DNA of 62,261 nucleotides, filler included, from Basidiobolus ranarum (Eukaryota): NCBI GenBank assembly GCA_040143965.1. It is 5 parts of 5 records of this genome, joined end to end, with 100 filler letters (N's around TTAATTAATTAA, not from the genome) between each part and the next. Parts side by side here need not be neighbours in the genome. Positions count along the whole stretch, not along the records: positions 49,902 to 62,261 come from JASJQH010000550.1; 4 more parts are not named here. One strand, 5' to 3'. Shown piece by piece: positions 53,028 to 62,261 of this stretch (position 1 is its first letter; each line of letters starts with the position of its first letter). The notes under the pieces were generated by a model. It saw only the letters and a program-made list of their open reading frames with translations, ran no database searches and was not told where the DNA came from. The position numbers and the translations under genes were made by a program.

Positions 53028-53621
53028 TGCCAGGTACTTGACATAAGTGTGTTCGATTTAGCAGGGTTATTTGTGAAAGTGAACTCAATTTATATATATA
53101 TAATAGCATTGATCTGAATACCGATGGTTTTGAAAGTAATCATGGTATTTGGGTATTTCCATACTTTATGACTATTATTATCCATAGAGAATTCAAGATG
53201 TGAGAACCCGGTGGGAAATTTCTTTAAAGCCTTCAACCACCCGTGTACTGGGCACCCTGACAATGCTCTATTATTACACTTTGTGTATGGGGAAAGGCGT
53301 ATGATACAAAGTTACACATTATAGATACTGCATACTTGCAAGCCGAAAGCACTGCTTTCTGGAGTAAAGTCAGGTATCAGCCACAAGAAGGAAAGGGGTC
53401 TTTATTTCACAAAGTTTCCTTTTCAGTCAATTTAGAAATGATCTGCTCATTCAGCCAGGGCATGGTATGACAGAATCAACTCTATTGGTAGATTAGTTTC
53501 ATCCTGATAATGCATAGGAAACTCTATTTTGACTATCATCATGAACCATATAATTCCCTAATTGGAATAATTGGTCAAGTTATATAAATAGTAATGAAGT
53601 TGTCTGCTAATAAAGTCAACA

Positions 53622-53894
53622 ATGAAGTCTGGATTCGCCGCTATTTTCACTCTCTGCATTGCCGCTCTTGCCCAAGCCAAATGCCCTATGAAGGTCTGGT
53701 GCTCCAAGAAATCGGATTGTGCCTTGCCAGGACAATACCCTACTTATGATTGCGGGAAGTCTTGCTACAACTCTGGCTATGATTCGGATAAAAAGCTCTG
53801 GAATATCATAGATGATTATGCCGAGTGTATGTCCAAATGCTGTCACAAGAAGATTGGTGCCAAGACATTCTGTTTCAAAAGATCTATCTGTTAA
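53622..53894 (+). CDS. Small secreted cysteine-rich protein, 90 aa (10 Cys in the mature part)
   Basis: Signal peptide MKSGFAAIFTLCIAALAQA; TATATAAATA at 53581; CAACAATG start context; AATAAA at the stop; C-ending codon bias; tandem paralog downstream. Confidence 0.88.
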   Translation: MKSGFAAIFTLCIAALAQAKCPMKVWCSKKSDCALPGQYPTYDCGKSCYNSGYDSDKKLWNIIDDYAECMSKCCHKKIGAKTFCFKRSIC

Positions 53895-54369
53895 ATAAAG
53901 AGCTTTAACCTTCACCTTAACCGTATCCCTAACCCCAAGATCATCCGCCTACTGGAATCAAGTAATTAATGGATAAACTGGTCTATTGCTTGAATCTTTT
54001 AATACTTGAATGTGCAATTCTATTAGTATCGATTATTTCTATTGGTATCGATTATTTCTATTAGTATCCATTGTGTTTGCATCTATACATGAAAATATAT
54101 GGAGGGTTCATCTGTGTGCTGTCTGCTTTATCTGTGTGCTGTCTGCTTCATCCAATAGTTTGTTATTGATTTTCTGTTAAATATGATATACAGCTTTTGT
54201 GACATCATAAACACAAGTGATATATATATCCGCTGCACTAAGAGTATTAGCCCAACTTTGGAGACAATGTGCACCGTTTCATCTGTATCATTGGGTACTA
54301 ATATGTGCTACTCTAAGTATCCTACTAGAGGTGTGACCCAATGTCAAAATGTGACTCAAAGTATGGGTA

Positions 54370-54625
54370 ACGAAGATGCCTTGTTGGATATACTTTGTTG
54401 GTTGCCATAATCATCGAAGCGGGTGGCTGCCCAATGATGGTCCAGTACTTGAAGAAATCGGATTGTGCTTTGCCCGGGGAATACCCAGCTTATGACCGCG
54501 GGAAATACGGCTATGATTCAAAGAAGTACTAGGCTATTTATAAAGATTTTTCTCAGTGCATGTCGAAATACTGCCATGACAAGATTAGTGCTAAAGCCTT
54601 CAACTATATGACTACCCGCTGCTGA
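54370..54625 (+). pseudogene. Pseudogenised tandem paralog of the 90-aa Cys-rich protein
   Basis: LLVAIIIEAGGCPMMVQYLKKSDCALPGEYPAYDRGKYGYDSKKY*AIYKDFSQCMSKYCHDKISAKAFNYMTTRC*; TGG>TAG stop, several Cys lost, small deletions, no in-frame ATG. Confidence 0.88.
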
Positions 54626-57600
54626 AGAAATATAATTATGTTTAAGGATTCAATAAACTGTCTCAAGTATACGTTAGAATTAGAAAGGACCAACCATACA
54701 AGAATCAACCATGGCAGTTGTATTCACATTTTTTTACCATCGTTTGTCTGTCATAGGCCTACGCGCACTCTCAAATGATGATCTCTGCCATAGCACTATT
54801 TATCTCTTGTATTTGAATAATTCAAAGATCATGCAAATATGGAGCATTCTTGGCCTGTTAAACAAGCAGATGATATTTTGTAGAGATCTGTGTCTCCCAT
54901 GATTTGCTAATTTCCCATAATTGGGAAGTTAATATCGTACATATATTTTCATATTGGGTGTATTTGACAAATTCATCAATTTCAAGTTGTTTCTTTTATT
55001 ATAAAGGTAGTAAGCTTATGTAACACAATTGGCTTGCTTCTGCAAGCTTTGATGGAATACTTGGTAAGCAAATTTTACTCCAGCATATGAAAAGTGGCAA
55101 CATGTGTCTTCATATAGTATTTTTGTATCATTCATTTTGTGCCAAAGTAAGTGGGCAAGAAATACTGAAAGCCATGGAGATTTCATCTGGTTAGTTACTG
55201 AATCTAATCTTATGTACTGGGGCCTTGAAATATGCACATAACCACCATCATCAAATCATAGACACATCAATTGTAACAAAGAGTGGCACACAGAGAGTTG
55301 ATTTGAAGCAGGCAATAAGAAGTTGCATGTGTTAGGAAACCAAGATCTGAAAATATCTGTTGTTCCATAATGAAACAAAGTTTGATTAAAATGTCATTGT
55401 TTCTGATGGTGATCTTAAAGCAAGTATAGTTGGTTTGAATTTTTATCTTTTTGGTGGAAATATAGAGAACAAGTGATAAGGCTGTATTCAGAACATCTGT
55501 GGGAGTGAAATGAACTATCTTGGGGGCAATTTGGATGACTTTGTGATCTCAAGATGCCATTTAAAATTCTTGGAGTATTCTCATATATACTGGATACATA
55601 TTCTAGTTTCAAACTAAGTCTTATTTGGCAGGATAATGGTAACTAGCTTAGATGCAATAAAATCGAATAGTCACTGAAGTAGTTTTTCTTGCTAAATTTG
55701 TGTTAGCATAAAAGTGCCTGATATCTCAAGGGCTGCCAGATGGCAACTCAGAGTAACTGGCAAGTAAAATTGTGGACTAGCAATTATAATAGATTGCTTA
55801 AGAAAGGAAACTTCTTTGCCAATATTAAAGAACACACCTACTTGAGTCAATGGTAAATTAACTGAAGAATGGAAGTACACTGGCACTCGCAAAATAAGGC
55901 ATAAACATCAAAGATTGCTGAAGAATTATGCGCGTTTCTGGCTTTTCAATATTACTACTATTATCAAAAATATTAAGCAAGAATCATTTCGAATCATCGG
56001 GCCAAGTATGAATCTAAAATATCAGAATACTCGGGTTGAGTACGAAACATTTGCGGCATAAACCACACCGTCTTCTACATACTACAGATCATTTTTATTT
56101 ACTTGCTACATCAATCAACTTCCACGCTGAGTGCACTAAGTAGAGAGTGGAATAATCGAGTGAATTTCCATTCCTATGTCTATCCTTGAAACTATTCAGT
56201 CTCGCCGTTGTAACTCATATCAGTAGCACATAAGGTTCCCGTTTCAAACCTGATTAGTACTAGAATGCTTGACTGACCACGGTTGTGCTTGCATGCTTTC
56301 AAGTCATTCCTCAATGATTTAATCATAGGACGAATCATAACTAAATCCTTCATCCAAGTTCCAAAAGATGTAATGAATTGCAATGATGATAATACTTACA
56401 ACACTACACTAATCTCTGTATCGGTAGTTGCTGACCTAGGAGACCCGCTTCATCTCCGGGTGAATACACTGTATACATCAGCAGTAGCGCCTTAACTGGC
56501 ACTCTTATGCTTGGAGACGCTATATCAGGGAATAGGATTAACCGTCCGAGAGTCAGAAAAATCATCGAATGCCTAGTTAGGTCACCTTTTGAAGCATGAT
56601 CTGAGCTGACTTTTTTTGGTAAGGAAAATCACCACATAATCTTCAAGTCAGAGCCAGCAATCGGTTTAAATTTGTATGCACAGTGGCGATTACCACATCT
56701 GTCTAATTGATCTCGAATATGGATCATCGATCTAGGTCAGGTTATTTCTGGAAAAGAAAACAATTATCTGGAGCCCCTTTGGACAACATTGTGTCATACT
56801 CGTACCGAAAACAAATACCCGGCAAGATAGCAGAGCGCCTCTATTCAATTGGCCTATGCCGCTATTCTTATATCTTGGGGTAGGAATACGAAATACATAT
56901 GTAAGTGGTAAATGAGCCATAAATTCTACTGGGTCAATCAAGAGCAGTAACTACTCTACAGTTGGTGTCAGCGGTCAAGTTTAGTTTGTAACCGATGAAT
57001 TTAGGTGCGGGTCACTCAGGGCACAGGGAAAATGACACTTTCGGCCGTCGCAGAATTCAACCTCTGGATGGTAAGAACAAAATGGATTCCGTAGTATGCT
57101 TACCGTATGCCAATGTATATCACTTAGACACCTGTAGAGCATTCATTTGATGATATGGAGTCACAAACATAATTGCCTCTAAAACTACATACGGAGAATT
57201 TTGGAGAGTGCAACTGAATTTGCGTGGTACTGCTGCGCACACTTGGCCAAGTTCGAAATACAAGTCTCACGAGTGCGCTTTGTCTAAACATGGCTAATTC
57301 TATACCTAAACTGAGGTAGATTCTGAGATATACACGATTTGCCATTCTTTGGGATACGTTGGACAGAGAAGGCAGGCATATACCGCGAAAGAAATTAATT
57401 CACTAATTCATCAGCATCCCGGCAGTATTCCAAATCCACGTGAGTTTTCACCTTCATTTCCTATAGTTCCAGATAACCACCGAACTTTCTTCTATAAGAT
57501 GAAATGCAAAGTCATTCTGAAAAAACTCAGATCCACAAAAACGGAAAAATCCCATAGATATGTCTTATATGGATTAAAACGTCTTCCAAATGAGGAAGGA

Positions 57601-57829
57601 AGATCCTGACAATATCCACTTTTAGAGAATGTATCGACAAATTGGGCTTAGTGATTGACAGGTTATTTTTAGTCAGTTTTGGTAAACTCTTGTCTAGCCA
57701 TGAGTCAATTTAAGAAACTGTCCGATATGATCCGATAATTCTTACTGATTAGCAAACCTTTGTGCCATATTCTACTGGTCCACATTAGCTATCTTGATCG
57801 AAGCAGCGAGAGATCTCGAACAACGGACA

Positions 57830-60358
57830 ATGGATATACGTTTAGTACAAAATAGAGCTGGGACAACACACGGTGTGAGACGAACAGTACTTAAACCCAT
57901 CCAGGACCCAACTGTACCGATCAAACATCCAGTTATCCAAATGATCTATAAGGAGTTCCCCAAGTTTGCTGCTGATGATGAGATCATCTACGACAAAATC
58001 GATGAGCAAACTCCAGATAACTGGCTCCAGAGACATCCCAACATGATTCGACTTACCGGTAAGCACCCCTTCAACGCTGAGCCTCCTCTTTCCGAGCTTT
58101 ACGATGACGGATATATCACCTCGAATGCCAAGTTCTACGTGCGCAGTCACGGTTTTGTTCCTAGACTTGAATGGGAAACTCACACTGTAGAGGTCTGCGG
58201 TTTGGTGGACAAACCCAAGGTCTTTACCATGGACGAATTGGCTGCATTCCCCAAGAGACAGTTCCCAGTAACCTTCCCTTGTGCTGGTAACCGTCGTAGA
58301 GAAGTCAACATGATTAAGCAATCGAAGGGTTTCAGTTGGGGTTCAGGTGGTGTCTCTACCTCAATCTTCGGTGGTCTCATGCTTAGAGATTTGTTGCTTG
58401 CTTGTGGAGTCCAAGTTCCTACGGAGGAAGAAGATGACTGGCATGTACACTTTGAGGGTGTGGAGATGCTTCCTAACGGGATTTATGCTACTAGTATCGC
58501 CTACTCTTATGCCATGAACGAGGCCAATGAGGTGCTTATGGCCTATGAAATGAATGGTGTCCCATTGCCTCCTGATCACGGTTATCCTATTAGACTTCTT
58601 GTCCCAGGAACCATCGGTGGACGTATGGTCAAATGGGTCAACAAGATCTTTGTATCCAAGGTTGAGTCTGACAACTGGTACCATATCTATGATAACCGTG
58701 TTGTTCCATCCCATCTTTCCCCTGAGGAGTCAGTTTCCGGTAACTGGTGGCAAAAAATCAACTACATCATCAACCCTATGAACATTAATTCCTCCTTTGT
58801 CTACCCCGAACACGACGAGGTTGTTCCTCTATCTCAACGCACTTACAACTGCCGTGGTTACGCTTACACTGGTAATGGTAGTATGATCACCCGTGTTGAA
58901 CTCTCCCTCGATGATGGTGAATCATGGATTTTGTGTAATATTGATAAACAGATTCCCTCTCCCATCAGTAAGAAATACTGGGCTTGGGCTTTGTGGTCAT
59001 ATGACCTTCCATTAGGAAAATTGCTTAGATGTAAGGAGATCATCGTACGTGCTTGGGATTCAACTCTGAACACTCAGCCAGTTAACATCACCTGGAATGT
59101 TCTTGGTCAAATGAACAATGCCTATTTCAGACTGAGAGTTGATGTCCAGGAAGATGATGAGGGTCAAGTGTCAATTAAATTTGTGCACCCAGCCCCTACA
59201 GAGACCACCGGCTGGATGGCTGAAAAATACGGAAGAACCCAGCCAGAAACCGTGGTTGACGATAAGCCCAAGAGTGGTAAGTTATTCACTCAAGCTGAAG
59301 TTAGTAAGCACAGATCCGAAGATGATTGTTGGATTATCGTTAAGAAGAGAGTCTATGACATCACCAAGTTCGTTAAAGAGCATCCTGGAGGTGTTGCCAG
59401 TATCATCCTCAATGCAGGTATTGACTGTACTTCTGATTTCGAGGCAGTTCACTCTTCCACCGCTCACGATATCTTGGAGAAATACTATTTGGGAGATATT
59501 GATGGTGAGTTGAACAATGAAATCTCTGCCCTTCTTCAAGAAGATGCCGGTGATTTGGTTGCTTTGTCAACACAATACCGCTCATTCCCATTGGTGAGCA
59601 AGAAAGAACTAAGCCATGATACCCGCTTGTTCCGCTTCGAGCTACCAAGCCCCGAACACCGCTTAGGCCTTCCAGTAGGGAAACACGTTTACCTTAAAGC
59701 AAACATCAATGGAAACGATGTTCTCCGTGCCTATACTCCATATTCGTTGGATGACGAATTGGGTTACGTTGATCTCATTGTCAAGGTATACTTCAAGGGT
59801 GTCCATCCTAAATTCCCTGAGGGCGGTTTAATGTCTCAGTATCTTGACTCACTTAAGATCGGCGACACTGTTGAGATGAAGGGACCCGTTGGCCACTTCA
59901 AGTATGAGGGTCTTGGTAACTACGACGTTGATTTCAGTAAATCTAGAAGACACGCTCACATCATCGGTATGATTGCTGGTGGCAGTGGAATCACTCCTAT
60001 GCTTCAAGTGATCAAGTCAGTGGTTAACAACCCATTGGATTTCACCAGATTGCATTTATTATATGCTAACCGTACCCCAGAAGATATCTTACTTCGTGAG
60101 GAACTTGATCAACTAGCTGAGAAGCACTCCGAACAGCTCCAAGTGTGGTATACTGTTGATGGAGAGGCCCCCGCTGACTGGAAGTATTCCGTTGGTTACG
60201 TGAACTATGACATGTGCAAGGATCACCTACCACCTGCTAACAACGACAAGCGCAAGGCTATCATGTTACTTTGCGGCCCAACACCAATGATCGACAATTC
60301 TTGCTTACCTATTCTTGAGAAGATGGGTTATGATCCAGAGGCCGTTATTACTTTTTAA
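57830..60358 (+). CDS. niaD: Assimilatory nitrate reductase (Moco, dimerisation, cytochrome b5, FAD/NAD(P)H), 842 aa, intronless
   Basis: RLTGKHPFNAEP, CAGNRRRE (Mo-ligand Cys), DHGYPIRL..GGRMVKW, RGYAYTG..RVELSLD, WNVLGQMNN, HPGG (b5), RAYTP, GGLMS, AGGSGITP, CGP; first ATG at 57830. Confidence 0.97.
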   Translation: MDIRLVQNRAGTTHGVRRTVLKPIQDPTVPIKHPVIQMIYKEFPKFAADDEIIYDKIDEQTPDNWLQRHPNMIRLTGKHPFNAEPPLSELYDDGYITSNAKFYVRSHGFVPRLEWETHTVEVCGLVDKPKVFTMDELAAFPKRQFPVTFPCAGNRRREVNMIKQSKGFSWGSGGVSTSIFGGLMLRDLLLACGVQVPTEEEDDWHVHFEGVEMLPNGIYATSIAYSYAMNEANEVLMAYEMNGVPLPPDHGYPIRLLVPGTIGGRMVKWVNKIFVSKVESDNWYHIYDNRVVPSHLSPEESVSGNWWQKINYIINPMNINSSFVYPEHDEVVPLSQRTYNCRGYAYTGNGSMITRVELSLDDGESWILCNIDKQIPSPISKKYWAWALWSYDLPLGKLLRCKEIIVRAWDSTLNTQPVNITWNVLGQMNNAYFRLRVDVQEDDEGQVSIKFVHPAPTETTGWMAEKYGRTQPETVVDDKPKSGKLFTQAEVSKHRSEDDCWIIVKKRVYDITKFVKEHPGGVASIILNAGIDCTSDFEAVHSSTAHDILEKYYLGDIDGELNNEISALLQEDAGDLVALSTQYRSFPLVSKKELSHDTRLFRFELPSPEHRLGLPVGKHVYLKANINGNDVLRAYTPYSLDDELGYVDLIVKVYFKGVHPKFPEGGLMSQYLDSLKIGDTVEMKGPVGHFKYEGLGNYDVDFSKSRRHAHIIGMIAGGSGITPMLQVIKSVVNNPLDFTRLHLLYANRTPEDILLREELDQLAEKHSEQLQVWYTVDGEAPADWKYSVGYVNYDMCKDHLPPANNDKRKAIMLLCGPTPMIDNSCLPILEKMGYDPEAVITF

Positions 60359-62261
60359 GAAACTTTGTCTCATCATTTGTTAGATTTCCTTTCCAAATTT
60401 AGAATATCTGTATATTTTTGCAACCCATAAAGGCAAGAAATAATAAATGTTGCTAATATCACCCAAAATTATTCTCTACAAAATCGATTACGTAGTGTGA
60501 TTGCTCACTCTCGGCTTAACGTGTACTCTTGACCCTAAACCGTCGCTTTTACTTAGCACTTGAGTTACAGGCAGATAGCGGAGGAAATTATTCAGACTTT
60601 CTTAGAAGGAAAGAGATAGCGAGCCCTGTAGCGCCACTCTTGTTTTTATCCCACACAAAAATGAGGTATATTAGCGGGTCTAGACCCATCACGAACAAAG
60701 TTTTAGGATTAAATTATGGAAAAATATTCTTCCCGATATGGTAATTAATCTCACCTGCCCGAAATACTTCAAGGATGGATTTGCACTAATTAACTATGCG
60801 GGTCTTTTTTGATAATGCAAAATATGTTAATTACCTGACTCCAGAGTGCTCTCAGGGAGCCAATCATACGCTTGGAGAAAGCCTTCAAGTACAAATGCGT
60901 CGATGATTTGAAATTGCTTGTAACATTTAGATACTCCACATTTTCATTCAGTAAGAGGGACAGTGAGCACCAATCACTAGGCTCCATCTGAACCAGATAT
61001 GTGTGAGCACTTGGTTATTTTTCAAACGCTTTACCGACTAGGACAGATAGCAATTGAGAGGACAAAATGCCGTATTAAGACAGACTTCAATCTATACTGA
61101 CATCAGTATTTGATTGCAAGTGTTTTGCTTTGTATTGCACAAATCAACTTGAGTTGAGAAAGGTTCCTCGTCTATGGTCGGAAAAACTCTTTCTAGTAAA
61201 CAGCTAGATTTTGCTCTTACTGCTCCATGCACCGCCGAGTGTTTTGACTAAAAAATGGCCCCCGTTATCATGTCCAAGACGCTATTTTTACCCAATGAGT
61301 TATTACCAAGTTGAAAACCTCCCAACATATCCATTGTGCCCTATATGCTGTTGTAGGTGCCTAAATCTAGGGGTTACCCTAACCCTTTTTCCGCACTAGA
61401 CAATTCCAAGCAGTATTTTTCGACTGCTTTTATAACTCTCGTTGCAAGCCAAGTAATGATTTTAAGCTTTCTTACAGCCACGTAGATCTGACGTCCTCGG
61501 AAGTATTGTTACTATCCTTGTCATTAAATTGCGTTGACCTCAATGCTATGTTTATATATGTTGTGGAAGAGGCGGATTTATAACAGCTACCCTGAATTCC
61601 AAAAGAAGTATGCGCTTGACCATCCCATGGTCAAAAGTGCAAATTTGGATATTTACTTACTGTATATTAGAAATAGCACAACCTTACATAGTCGTCATCG
61701 AATATTTCACGCGCACAATACATTGGGAGTCAGGTATGAGAAATTTTAGTGAACGTAATTTTTTTTTCGAACTTGAAAATAGCTTCATCAGTCTACAGTA
61801 TGATTTGACCCACCCAATGTACTGAGAATGTGCACCTTACTGCTACGATTGCCCTACCAGAATTAAGGGTAAGTAAGCCATCAAAATCCAAAATTTCTTT
61901 TATAAGCATGATACTGGATACATATGTATATGAAACATAGTATCATACAACCTGACTCTTTGCAGAGTTAACTTGGTATTAGGAAAAACTAATCAATTGG
62001 ACATTGAATTCCAATAGATGAGGAAGCCTAAGGGTTAGGGGGGATGAAAAGCACCAGATGGTGTAGACTTTATTTAGCTTAAATACTAATTTAAACAAAG
62101 TGACAATCAAGACATCAATCTTTTGAGATATTGTGACAATACTAAATCATATCCATACTTAACCTGATGACCAATGTAATCAAGCTCAGAGGATGTAAAT
62201 ATAGTGTTAAGGGACAAAGGTGGTAAGCAGAAAGGAAGGTACTCAGTGCAAACCAGATGGA

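Noticed and set aside
54960..55900. CpG-depleted block with a weak Tc1-like FDDGGYVHISR
   Set aside because: Probably dead transposon DNA, but no terminal repeats or catalytic triad could be identified.
57842..59648. Several 66-159 aa ORFs overlapping the nitrate reductase
   Set aside because: Antisense or alternate-frame shadows of a codon-biased gene; no motifs. The same applies to ORFs overlapping PhnB, RPS21, PAT1, mS45, the peptidase and the hydrolase.
37438..60358. Apparent nitrogen-scavenging cluster (peptidase, formamidase-like hydrolase, nitrate reductase)
   Set aside because: The nitrate reductase lies on a different, artificially joined contig from the other two, and they are separated by unrelated housekeeping genes.
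62029..62044. TAAGGGTTAGGG telomere-like sequence
   Set aside because: Fewer than two perfect units; expected by chance.

Overview
AT-rich eukaryotic DNA with short GT-AG introns, from a fungus that is probably early-diverging (inference). It is not one locus. Four identical 100-nt N gaps carrying a TTAATTAATTAA linker split it into five pieces of steadily decreasing length (12387, 12379, 12371, 12364, 12360 bp), most likely size-sorted unplaced contigs. Piece 1 holds copia LTR debris, an intronless PhnB/VOC gene and decayed small-gene remnants. Piece 2 is a dense housekeeping block (SNX4, RPB6, RPS21, PAT1, COX7c, mitoribosomal mS45, an HSF-domain factor). Piece 3 is CpG-depleted dead transposon DNA with Helitron Rep/helicase motifs and an ~84-bp degenerate array. 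Piece 4 holds a secreted dipeptidyl peptidase V (cut by the gap), NF-YC/HAP5, dUTPase and a kynurenine-formamidase-like hydrolase. Piece 5 holds LTR debris, an alpha-carbonic anhydrase pseudogene, a 10-Cys small secreted protein with a tandem dead paralog, and an intact intronless nitrate reductase with an NADH-type signature. The best novelty candidates are the Cys-rich secreted peptide family, which appears to be turning over, and the solitary NADH-type nitrate reductase. All calls are by eye; no searches were run.
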